Source: an uncultured Collinsella sp. (GTDB lineage Bacteria > Actinomycetota > Coriobacteriia > Coriobacteriales > Coriobacteriaceae). From it: a stretch of DNA of 64,000 nt. The stretch lies in assembly GCA_934621295.1 (NCBI GenBank), contig CAKTVB010000007.1:6494-70493 (forward strand), read 5' to 3'. The notes beneath the pieces were generated by a model, which searched no databases, was not told the DNA's origin, and saw nothing but the letters and a program-made list of their open reading frames with translations. A program made the position numbers and the translations under genes. Positions 27,005 through 35,086 of this stretch are shown here, in pieces (position 1 is the stretch's first letter; every line of letters starts with the position of its first letter).

Positions 27005-28561
27005 ATGGATGCCGTAGCCTTTGTGCTTGCGCTCGTGCCGATTCTGTGGCTCGTCGTCGTCCTGCTTGTGTTTAAGTGGCCAGCCTGGAAGGCGGCGATT
27101 GGATCGTTTGTCCTTTCGTGCGTGCTGGCGCTGGGGGTGTGGAAGCTTCCCGCCGATCAAGTTGCCACCGCGAGTCTCGAGGGCTTTCTCATGGCCCTGT
27201 GGCCCATCGTTCTCGTTATCATCGCCGCGGTTTTTACCTATAACCTGTGCGTGAAGACGGGTGCCATGGACGTCATCGGCGGCATGATCACCTCTATTTC
27301 GAGCGACCGCCGTCTGCTCGCGCTGCTCATCGCTTGGTGCTTTGGCGGCTTCATGGAGGGCATGGCGGGCTTCGGCACCGCCGTCGCGATCCCCGCGAGC
27401 ATGCTTGCGGGCCTGGGTTTTGCCCCCATCCCCGCCGTGCTGTTGTGCCTGCTTGCCAACGGCGTGCCCACGCCGTACGGCTCCATCGGCATCCCCACCG
27501 TTTCCTTGGCGGGCCTTGTGGGCCTCGACTCGGCTCATCTTGCCTTTGTGCAGATGGTGCAGCTTGCCCCGTTTTATATCGTCGCTCCGTTTTTGATTGT
27601 GCTCGTTGCGGGCAAGGTCGAGGGCGCGAGCATCGCCGATCGCCTGCGCGGCGTTGTTGTTCCCACCCTCGTCTCTGGTCTGGCTTTCACGCTTCCCACC
27701 ATGGCGGTTGCCGCCTTTGTGGGTCCGGAGCTCTCCGTCGTCGTGGGTTCCATCTGCGCACTTGCCGCCACGGCTCTGCTCGCCATGCGTGCCGAGCACT
27801 CCGGTAAGCTCGACGAGCGCTTCCACGTTGCCGTGGAGCCGCACGAGGCACTTACGCTGGGCGGCGCCCTTCGCGCATGGTCTTGCTTCATCCTCATCTT
27901 CATCCTGCTTATGGGCACCTCCAAACTCGTGCCGTTCGTGAACTCCGCGCTGGCTCCGCTTTCCTCGAGCGTTCAGGTCTTTAGCGGCAAGAACCCGGGC
28001 ACGCTCTCCTTTATGTGGGTCAACACCCCGGGCATCTGGATTTTCCTCGCGGCCATCGTGGGCGGCTTTATCCAGGGTGCTCGCCCCGCGCAGATGCTTG
28101 AGGTTCTGGGCGCCACCGTTAAGCAGATGATGCCGACGGTCATTACTATGCTTTCCGTCCTTGGATGCGCCAAGGTGATGGGCTACTCGGGCATGATCTC
28201 GTCCATCTCCGCCTTCTGCATCGGCGTCGCGGGTGCGGCGTATCCGCTCATCGCCCCGTGGATCGGCGCTGTGGGCACGTTCGTCACGGGTTCCGGCACG
28301 TCTTCGGCAATGCTGTTCGGTCCGGTGCAAAAGCAGGCAGCGGACGCTTTGGGTACCGATCCGTACTGGATGGTCGCCCTCAACATGCTGGGTGTCTCGG
28401 CGGGCAAGATGCTTTCGCCGCAGTCCCTCGCCATCGGTCTTGCCTCGGTGCGCGTGGTGGGCAAGGATGCCGAGCTCATGCGTGCGATCATTCCCTATGG
28501 CATCGCGTTTCTCGTGGTCATGAGCATCATCGCGCTGGGCGGCGCGGGGCTGGTGCTCTAG
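27005..28561 (+). CDS. lctP: L-lactate permease
   Basis: 518 aa polytopic protein. The LctP-family N-terminus and motifs are present (FGGFMEGMAGFGTAVAIPA, GSGTSSAMLFG). Confidence 0.88.
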   Translation: MDAVAFVLALVPILWLVVVLLVFKWPAWKAAIGSFVLSCVLALGVWKLPADQVATASLEGFLMALWPIVLVIIAAVFTYNLCVKTGAMDVIGGMITSISSDRRLLALLIAWCFGGFMEGMAGFGTAVAIPASMLAGLGFAPIPAVLLCLLANGVPTPYGSIGIPTVSLAGLVGLDSAHLAFVQMVQLAPFYIVAPFLIVLVAGKVEGASIADRLRGVVVPTLVSGLAFTLPTMAVAAFVGPELSVVVGSICALAATALLAMRAEHSGKLDERFHVAVEPHEALTLGGALRAWSCFILIFILLMGTSKLVPFVNSALAPLSSSVQVFSGKNPGTLSFMWVNTPGIWIFLAAIVGGFIQGARPAQMLEVLGATVKQMMPTVITMLSVLGCAKVMGYSGMISSISAFCIGVAGAAYPLIAPWIGAVGTFVTGSGTSSAMLFGPVQKQAADALGTDPYWMVALNMLGVSAGKMLSPQSLAIGLASVRVVGKDAELMRAIIPYGIAFLVVMSIIALGGAGLVL

Positions 28562-28591
28562 GCTGTACCGCGGTTTCCCTCGTTATTTACG

Positions 28592-28637
28592 GACCCGCCT
28601 CGATTCGTTTTCGAACGTCTCGAGGCGGGTCTTTTTT
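28592..28637 (+). terminator. Rho-independent terminator after lctP
   Basis: GACCCGCCTCGA / TCGAGGCGGGTC 12-bp stem followed by TTTTTT. Confidence 0.75.
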
Positions 28638-28829
28638 CATGCCGAATGCCGTTCGAAATCTCGCATGCTTGCGGGGCGCCCTGTCGTTCAAGGTATGCTC
28701 GGTGCGCTCGCCTAGCGACGCGGGCGCCTCACCGAGATGTGCCATAAGCCTTCCCCCACTTGGAGTACACCGAATAAAGTGCTTTAAGCAATAACGCGCC
28801 TCGCGCGCGATACAGAGAGGGTGATTTAG

Positions 28830-30443
28830 ATGAAGAAGGCAGCGCTTGATCAGGTTTTGGCCGCGTGCGGCATAACCGAGGAGGCTGCGGCCGGCGCCGA
28901 GCCTGCTCGCTATGTTGACCTTCCGGTAGCCTCCTTGGTAGAGCATGCCATTCGCCGTGACGAGGGCGAACTGGCGTCAAACGGTGCCCTCGTTGTCAAA
29001 ACCGGTGCCTACACGGGCCGTTCACCCAAGGACCGCTTTATCGTCGATACGCCCGAGGTCCACGATAGAATCGCCTGGGGGCAAACAAACGTGCCTATCT
29101 CCCAGGATGTCTATGAGCGCGTGCGTGACGGTGTGGCGACCTATCTTGCTCAGCGCGATCTGTTCATCACCTGCGGTCTTGCCGGCGCCGACCGCAACTA
29201 CGCGCGCACGTTCTTTGTGGCGTGCGAGCGCGCGAGCCAGGCGCTCTTCATCAAGCAGATGCTCGTGCGCCCACGCGTGCGCGAGCACGTGAACTTCGAG
29301 GAGCCGGACTTCCGCGTAATGGTGGCGCCAGGCTACGAATGCGATCCCAGGCGCGACGGTGTGCGCTCCAAGGCCGCCGTTCTCATCAACTTTACCGAGC
29401 GCATGATCGTTATCGCCGGCACCGGTTTTTCGGGCGAGATCAAGAAGAGCATCTTCTCGGTGATGAACTACCTGTTGCCGCTTGAGGACAATGTCCTTCC
29501 CATGCATTGCTCGGCGAGCATGGATCCTATCAGCCATGCCACGGCCGTATTCTTTGGCCTTTCGGGCACGGGCAAGACCACGCTCTCGGCCAATCCCACG
29601 CGACTTTTGATCGGCGACGATGAGCACGGCTGGAGCAATGTGGGCATCTTCGATGTCGAGGGAGGCTGTTATGCCAAATGCGACGGCATGGACGAGTACA
29701 GCCAGCCCGAGATTTACCAGGCGATTCGTTTTGGCGCCATGGCCGAAAACGTCGTGCTCGACGAGAATCGCGATCCCGATTACAAGGACCTCTCCATTAC
29801 CGCTAACACGCGCGTGGCCTATCCCATCGAGCACATCGCCAACGCTTGGACGCGCGGCGTGAGCCCCAACCCCAATGTTGTGCTCTTCCTCACCTGCGAT
29901 GCTTTTGGCGTTCTGCCGCCCATTTCGCGCCTTACCACCGAGGGCGCGATGTATCACTTCGTGACCGGCTTCACCTCCAAGACGCCCGGAACGGAGCAGG
30001 GCATCACCCGGCCGCAACCTACGTTCTCGGCGTTGTTCGGCGAGCCCTTTATGCCGCTTGACCCGCTGGTCTATGCCGATATGCTCGGCGAGCGCCTGCG
30101 CCGCAGCGACACACGCGTCTACTTGGTCAATACGGGATGGATCGGTGGAGATTTCGATCACGGCCATCGTATCGAGCTTGCCTACACGCGCGCTTTGGTG
30201 GCGCGCGCCCTTGACGGTACGATCGAGGAGGCCGATTTCATCCATGACGAGATCTTCAATGTCGATATTCCGGTGACGTGCCACGGCGTGCCCGACGCAA
30301 TCCTCGTGCCGCGTACGTACTGGAAGAGCGCGTCGCTCTACGATTCTTCCGCGCATGAGCTGGCGGCCATGTTCTGCGAGAACTTCGAGAAGCGTTATCC
30401 GCATCTGCCGGATTCCATCCGCAACGCCGGTCCGCGCGCCTAG
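28830..30443 (+). CDS. pckA: Phosphoenolpyruvate carboxykinase (ATP)
   Basis: Motifs TGRSPKDRFIV, the kinase-1a loop GLSGTGKTTLS and IGDDEHGW are present. Confidence 0.95.
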   Translation: MKKAALDQVLAACGITEEAAAGAEPARYVDLPVASLVEHAIRRDEGELASNGALVVKTGAYTGRSPKDRFIVDTPEVHDRIAWGQTNVPISQDVYERVRDGVATYLAQRDLFITCGLAGADRNYARTFFVACERASQALFIKQMLVRPRVREHVNFEEPDFRVMVAPGYECDPRRDGVRSKAAVLINFTERMIVIAGTGFSGEIKKSIFSVMNYLLPLEDNVLPMHCSASMDPISHATAVFFGLSGTGKTTLSANPTRLLIGDDEHGWSNVGIFDVEGGCYAKCDGMDEYSQPEIYQAIRFGAMAENVVLDENRDPDYKDLSITANTRVAYPIEHIANAWTRGVSPNPNVVLFLTCDAFGVLPPISRLTTEGAMYHFVTGFTSKTPGTEQGITRPQPTFSALFGEPFMPLDPLVYADMLGERLRRSDTRVYLVNTGWIGGDFDHGHRIELAYTRALVARALDGTIEEADFIHDEIFNVDIPVTCHGVPDAILVPRTYWKSASLYDSSAHELAAMFCENFEKRYPHLPDSIRNAGPRA

Positions 30444-30467
30444 ATTATGTGCCTGCTGTGGGTATTG

Positions 30468-30495
30468 TTGACCTGTTAACACTTGACCCTACAAT
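30468..30495 (+). promoter_or_regulatory. Candidate promoter for the marR-degV operon
   Basis: TTGACC (30468-30473), 16-nt spacer containing GTTAAC and a second TTGACC, then TACAAT (30490-30495). Confidence 0.45.
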
Positions 30496-30529
30496 GGTGA
30501 GCTGTCAATTCGAACAAGGGGAGGGACAC

Positions 30530-31000
30530 ATGGATACGGCATCTCGAGACGAGGCGCGCTTCGAGGACTTTACCGGGCTCATCGCGGCCATCAGTAAAGA
30601 AGTCACGCGCATCAAGAGCGTGGAGAGCGCCAAGCTGGGGCTCACCGGTGCCGACATCATGTGCCTGTACTACCTGGGCAAACATCCGCAGGGCATGACC
30701 GGTGCCGAGCTTGCGCGTGCTGCTGACGTCACGCGCGCGGCTGTCTCGCGCACGCTCTCGCGCATGGAACGCGAGGGCTTCGTGGAGGTTCAGACGGAGG
30801 AGGGCGCCACGACGCGCTATCGCGCCGCCGTGGTGCTTACCGAGCGCGGTCGCAAGAGCGCGCGGGGCGCCGATATCGCCATCAACCGCGTGCTCGACGA
30901 GGTGTATGCCGCCCAGAGCGACGAGGAGCGCGAACAGATGTATACGTCGCTTCGCGCCGTGCTGGGACGTTTGCGCGCAATTTCGCGTGACGATGGGTAG
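30530..31000 (+). CDS. MarR-family transcriptional regulator
   Basis: ATG 30530 follows AAGGGGAGGGA. A winged-HTH core is present (MTGAELARAADVTRAAVSRTLSRMEREGFV). Confidence 0.85.
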   Translation: MDTASRDEARFEDFTGLIAAISKEVTRIKSVESAKLGLTGADIMCLYYLGKHPQGMTGAELARAADVTRAAVSRTLSRMEREGFVEVQTEEGATTRYRAAVVLTERGRKSARGADIAINRVLDEVYAAQSDEEREQMYTSLRAVLGRLRAISRDDG

Positions 31001-31028
31001 ACCCCTCCAAACAGGAAGGCATCGCCGC

Positions 31029-31880
31029 ATGGCTGTACGTATCATTACCGATTCCGGCTGCGACATCGTGGGCGCGGATAACCCGCAACTCGACGTCCTG
31101 CCTCTTTCCATCACGTTTGGCTCGACCGTCTACGCAGACGGCGTGGACCTTTCGCATGAGCATTTCTACGAGCTGCTGGTTGAGGGCGATGAACTGCCCA
31201 AGACCGGCCAGGTGAACCCCTATGCCTTTGCGCAGGCGATCGAGCGCGCGCAGCAAGATGGGTTCGAGCCGCTGATTATCACGCTCTCGTCAAAGCTCTC
31301 GGGCACGTATCAGAGTGCCTGCATGGCGGCCTCCGAGGCGTCGTGTCCTGTGCACGTGGTCGACTCCGGTCAGGTTACGGTGAGCGAGCGCATCTTGGTC
31401 GAGTACGCGTTGAGCCTGGCGGGGGAGGGCCTTGGGGCTGAGGAGATCGCCATCCGCGTCGAATCGGTGCGCGAGCGCGTCGTGGTTATCGGCCTGCTGG
31501 ACACTCTTGAGTATCTGCGCCGCGGCGGGCGTATTTCCGCTGCAGCGGGCACTTTTGGTGAGATGCTCTCCATCAAGCCCGTCATTACCATCGAGAACGG
31601 CGAGGTCAAGATGCTCGGTCGTGCGCGCGGTTCCAAGAACGGCCGCAACCTGCTCAACCAGCAGATCGAGGCGAGCCGCGGCATCGATTTTTCCATGCCG
31701 CTTGCACTGGGCTATGCGGGCCTTTCCGATGCTCTGCTGCAAAAGTATATCCGCGACAGTCGGGCGCTTTGGGAGGAGTATCCGGGCGACGAGTTGCCGG
31801 TGTATTCCGTTGGCGCTACCATCGGCACCCATGTGGGTCCCGGCGCCACCGCGCTTGCGTATTTCGAGCGCGAACGGTAG
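31029..31880 (+). CDS. DegV-family fatty-acid-binding protein
   Basis: The N-terminus is IITDSGCD, and SGTYQSA and IGTHVGPGA motifs are present. The 30702 start in the ORF track is an in-frame extension through marR. Confidence 0.9.
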   Translation: MAVRIITDSGCDIVGADNPQLDVLPLSITFGSTVYADGVDLSHEHFYELLVEGDELPKTGQVNPYAFAQAIERAQQDGFEPLIITLSSKLSGTYQSACMAASEASCPVHVVDSGQVTVSERILVEYALSLAGEGLGAEEIAIRVESVRERVVVIGLLDTLEYLRRGGRISAAAGTFGEMLSIKPVITIENGEVKMLGRARGSKNGRNLLNQQIEASRGIDFSMPLALGYAGLSDALLQKYIRDSRALWEEYPGDELPVYSVGATIGTHVGPGATALAYFERER

Positions 31881-31969
31881 CGCTGCCGTTTTGGTTTTAA
31901 ACGATATCGCGCGGGGTAGTATGGAGTTCGTCCGTACTACCCCGTTTTCGTTATATATGGAGGATGACC

Positions 31970-32476
31970 ATGGCATTTAAGGAACTCCCGTTGAGCGATG
32001 TTTCGCTCAACCCCTTCACCAAGCTCGATAAGGAATGGGGGCTCGTTGCTGCCGGCGACGCCGACGCGTCCAACGCCATGACGGTGAGTTGGGGCGGCAT
32101 GGGCACTATCTGGAACAAGCCCGTGGTGACGATCTATATTCGCCCGCAGCGCTACACCAAGCAGTTTGTCGATGGGAACGATCGCTTCACGCTGTCTTTT
32201 TTCGATTCGCAGTATAAGCAGGCCCTGGGCGTCTTGGGAACCAAGTCGGGCCGCGATGGCGATAAGATCGCCGAGGTTGGCTTCACGCCGGTGCAGCTAG
32301 ATGGCACCACTACTTACGAGCAGGCGGGCCTCGTCTTTGTCTGTCGCAAGCTCTATGCCGACACCATCAAGCCCGAGTGCTTTGTCGACGCATCGGTTGA
32401 CGAGCAAAACTACCCCCAGCGCGACCACCACACCCTCTACATCGCCGAAGTCGAGCACATCTACCAGCACATCTAA
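31970..32476 (+). CDS. Flavin reductase-like (FMN-binding split-barrel) protein
   Basis: ATG lies 5 nt after GGAGGA. The MTVSWGGMG and RFTLSF segments are typical of the flavin reductase-like domain. Confidence 0.6.
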   Translation: MAFKELPLSDVSLNPFTKLDKEWGLVAAGDADASNAMTVSWGGMGTIWNKPVVTIYIRPQRYTKQFVDGNDRFTLSFFDSQYKQALGVLGTKSGRDGDKIAEVGFTPVQLDGTTTYEQAGLVFVCRKLYADTIKPECFVDASVDEQNYPQRDHHTLYIAEVEHIYQHI

Positions 32477-32518
32477 TCGGGCTTTTGGCGTTGTGGCCCG
32501 CGCTTCGCGCCCCATTCC

Positions 32519-32587
32519 CAGATGAAGCAGAAAATCCCATTTAGACGGCACCTAGCCCGTTCTAAATGGGATTTTTTGCTTCATCTG
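32519..32587. repeat. 69-nt near-perfect inverted repeat (about 30-bp stem)
   Basis: CAGATGAAGCAGAAAATCCCATTTAGACGG cacctagc CCGTTCTAAATGGGATTTTTTGCTTCATCTG. It has one G-T pair and one bulge. Confidence 0.8.
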
Positions 32588-32668
32588 CAATCTGAGTGCC
32601 GTCCCCCATCAACGTGATGGCACCAACCCAATCTCCAAGCCAAGAAACTCCACGTGATAGGGCGTTGA

Positions 32669-32737
32669 GCGGGGCCATCCCCTCTGGGCTCGGAAGCCTG
32701 CAAAGCCCGATTCCGAACCCAGAGGGGATGGCCCCGC
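32669..32737 (+). repeat. GC-rich long hairpin element, copy 1
   Basis: GCGGGGCCATCCCCTCTGGG - 29-nt interior CTCGGAAGCCTGCAAAGCCCGATTCCGAA - CCCAGAGGGGATGGCCCCGC. It lies 14 nt beyond the ygbA-like stop. Confidence 0.8.
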
Positions 32738-32750
32738 GGCGGGATGCGCC

Positions 32751-33092
32751 CTAGCGCTTTTTCACCCCGTCTAGGCCATGTCGTATCGTCAGTACCGGGT
32801 GGCGCGCAAACGTTCGGAACCCGGCGCGGCGCATGACCTTCTTAATGGCTTGAAGCTGTTCGGGCGCGTAGCAGCATGTGGGGCAATGTCCGCAAAACGT
32901 TTTTGTTGCGATGCGGGGACAGCGCGCTATGTGCGTGTCGGCATATTCGGCGAGCGCAGAGCAGTTTGGGCATAGTTTCTCGCCGCGTGTTCCGTGTTCG
33001 CTGTGGCAGTATGAGGCGATCATGTACGAGACGACCTTCCGCTCTCGGGAGCGTCGGTCTTCGACCTGTTCGCTTGTCGCTACTTTGCCCAT
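32751..33092 (-). CDS. Nitrous-oxide-stimulated-promoter (YgbA-like) family Cys-rich protein
   Basis: ATG 33092 follows GGAGGA. 113 aa with CHSEHG, CPNC, CGHCPTCC pattern. The 33284 start in the ORF track is an extension through the hairpin element. Confidence 0.75.
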   Translation of the reverse strand: MGKVATSEQVEDRRSRERKVVSYMIASYCHSEHGTRGEKLCPNCSALAEYADTHIARCPRIATKTFCGHCPTCCYAPEQLQAIKKVMRRAGFRTFARHPVLTIRHGLDGVKKR

Positions 33093-33216
33093 GGCGCTCT
33101 TCCTCCATCGCTCGAAACGGCACGCTCTATATTTTGCCGTATCCGCAAATACAAATTGCGCCAAAGGCGCACCATCCTTTCTCCCGCCACCAAACCCCGA
33201 CGGGCCGCGATTGCAA

Positions 33217-33285
33217 GGTGGGCCTTCCCCTTCGGGTTCGGAAGCCTGCGAAGCCCGATTCCGGGCCCGAAGGGGAAGGCCCACC
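33217..33285 (+). repeat. GC-rich long hairpin element, copy 2
   Basis: GGTGGGCCTTCCCCTTCGGG - 29-nt interior TTCGGAAGCCTGCGAAGCCCGATTCCGGG - CCCGAAGGGGAAGGCCCACC. It has the same orientation and architecture as copy 1. Confidence 0.8.
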
Positions 33286-33355
33286 GGTGGGACAGAGCGC
33301 GCGTTTTGCTACAATGTGGGGCTGAAAATCCCCAGAACCAAGAAAGCCGGGCCCC

Positions 33356-34120
33356 ATGATCAAAGCTGCCTTTTTCGATGTCGATGGAACGCTGCTTAAC
33401 TCGTCGCATAAGATGCTCGAATCCACCAAGCAAGCTCTGGCGCAGCTTCAGGCAAACGGTATCCGAACGGTTCTTGCTACGGGTCGTGGCTCGTTCGAGC
33501 TGCCTCCCTGCATCAAGGGCCGTTTTGACTCCTACATCTGCTTCAATGGCCAGCTTTGCTTTGATAACGAAGGCGACTACCGCGATTGTCCCATCGACCC
33601 GCAAGACGTGGACGGCATTATCGATGCCGTGGAGGCTGGAATCTTCGACGTCTACGCCCTTACGCGTATGGGAAGCTTTTTGAGCCGCGCCAATGCGCGT
33701 ACCGAGGACTTTGCCACAAAGCTGGGGCTTTCCACCAAGGCAGACGACATCTCTCAGCTCAAAGGAGCCGCCGTCTATCAGTTCTGCGCGATCGTCGACA
33801 CTCCCGAGGAGCATCTGGTGCGCGAGGCTGCAACTCATGTGCGTACCACGCGCTGGACGCCGCTATTTTGCGATGTGATTCCGGAGAAGGGCGGCAAGGG
33901 CACGGGAATCGTTGCCACGCTCGAGCGCTATGGTCTTGCTCCCGAGGAGGCTATCGCCTTTGGTGACGGAGAGAACGATCTGACGATGTTCGACGAGTGC
34001 GGATGCTCTGTCGCCATGGGCAATGCGTGGGATCTGGTCCGTGAACGTGCCGACTACGTGACCGATGACTTGGACAGCGACGGCATCTGGAACGCTTGCA
34101 AGCACTTCGGTCTTATCTAG
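33356..34120 (+). CDS. Cof-type HAD-IIB family hydrolase (sugar phosphatase-like)
   Basis: Motifs FFDVDGTLL, ATGR and GDGENDLTM are present. Confidence 0.85.
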   Translation: MIKAAFFDVDGTLLNSSHKMLESTKQALAQLQANGIRTVLATGRGSFELPPCIKGRFDSYICFNGQLCFDNEGDYRDCPIDPQDVDGIIDAVEAGIFDVYALTRMGSFLSRANARTEDFATKLGLSTKADDISQLKGAAVYQFCAIVDTPEEHLVREAATHVRTTRWTPLFCDVIPEKGGKGTGIVATLERYGLAPEEAIAFGDGENDLTMFDECGCSVAMGNAWDLVRERADYVTDDLDSDGIWNACKHFGLI

Positions 34121-34131
34121 GGGCTTGCCGC

Positions 34132-34551
34132 CTAGGCGGTCTCTCCGATGTCCTCGGCTTCCCGCTCCTGCTCCTGCTCCTGACAGGCGGGGCAGATGCC
34201 GTAGAAAAGGGTCTCATGCCGCGTGATTTCGTAGCCCGTTTCCTCCTCGACCATGCTATCGAGCGTGTGGTCGTGTTCGATCATGGCGTCGCAAACGGCG
34301 CCACAGCTGCAGCAGATCACGTGTGCGTGCGGGTCGCAGCGACGGTCAAAGCGGTTGCCGCCCGGCACCTCGATGCTGATGATATCGCCCGTCTCTTCCA
34401 ACAGGTTGAGGTTGCGATATACGGTGCCGCGGCTCACTTTGGGGTTCTGCTCGTGAACGTCGCGGTAGATATCTTCGGCGGTGGGGTGGTCGCCGTGGGC
34501 GCGAACAATGTCCAAAATCAGCGTGCGCTGTTTGGTGTTTCTGCGTTGCAT
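34132..34551 (-). CDS. Fur-family metalloregulator (Fur/PerR/Zur type)
   Basis: ATG 34551 follows AGGAGG. Motifs NTKQRTLILDIV, HAHVICCSCG and CPAC are present. Confidence 0.9.
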   Translation of the reverse strand: MQRRNTKQRTLILDIVRAHGDHPTAEDIYRDVHEQNPKVSRGTVYRNLNLLEETGDIISIEVPGGNRFDRRCDPHAHVICCSCGAVCDAMIEHDHTLDSMVEEETGYEITRHETLFYGICPACQEQEQEREAEDIGETA

Positions 34552-34585
34552 GCGGTGCCGCCTCCTTACCCGTGCATGGTTAACT

Positions 34586-34612
34586 ATCGCAATTATATCA
34601 AATAATTGCGAT
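34586..34612. promoter_or_regulatory. Fur/PerR-box-like palindrome upstream of the Fur-family gene
   Basis: ATCGCAATTAT atcaa ATAATTGCGAT is a perfect 11-bp inverted repeat, 35 nt upstream of the start codon. Confidence 0.5.
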
Positions 34613-34644
34613 TCATTCCTAATAACTTTCAACAACGGGTGTGT

Positions 34645-35049
34645 CTAGAAGCGCACTTCAAATGAGTCTTCAGCATCTTCTAGCTTGAGTTCGCGTTCGG
34701 CGGAAAGGCAAATGTTCGCACCCCAACCGGCATAACAGTCCTGCAGGTCGTCCATCAGCGCGGCAATCTGCACGCTCGGCCCCTGCAGCTCCATGTCGAC
34801 GGAGCCGTCCTCACGGTTGATCACCCAGCCGGTGAGATGTCTCTCGCGTGCAATGTTTTGGGTGGTCCAGCGAAAGCCAACGCCTTGGACCGTGCCCGTA
34901 TAATGCAGCCCCCAGCGAACAGGAGAGAAGTCGCCCGCAGCGCCACGTTCGCGCAGTTTTTGCGTGAGTTCGCATTCAAGTGCACTGCGGGCGATTTTCT
35001 TGCTGCCGTCCGGTCCGGTCAAGCGGCGGAATTTGCTGAGGAACTTCAT
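34645..35049 (-). CDS. Acylphosphatase-like domain protein with ~45-aa N-terminal extension
   Basis: ATG 35049 follows AGGAGA. The motif GTVQGVGFRWTTQNIARERHLTGWVINREDGSV is present. Confidence 0.75.
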   Translation of the reverse strand: MKFLSKFRRLTGPDGSKKIARSALECELTQKLRERGAAGDFSPVRWGLHYTGTVQGVGFRWTTQNIARERHLTGWVINREDGSVDMELQGPSVQIAALMDDLQDCYAGWGANICLSAERELKLEDAEDSFEVRF

Positions 35050-35086
35050 GGCGAATCTCTCCTTTGCAGGCGATGGGTGCTTGCGC

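Noticed and set aside
30702-31028. N-terminal extensions implied by the longest-ORF track. Examples are DegV from 30702, transketolase from 3999, RNase HI from 36996, the ygbA-like gene from 33284, the antiporter from 24389 and cysK from 52738.
   Set aside because: In each case a downstream start with a proper Shine-Dalgarno sequence gives the canonical family N-terminus. The extension runs through an upstream gene, promoter or repeat element.
34164-34182. Tandem hexanucleotide repeat (CTCCTG x3).
   Set aside because: It lies inside the Fur-family CDS and simply encodes the acidic C-terminal QEQEQE tail. It is not an intergenic microsatellite.
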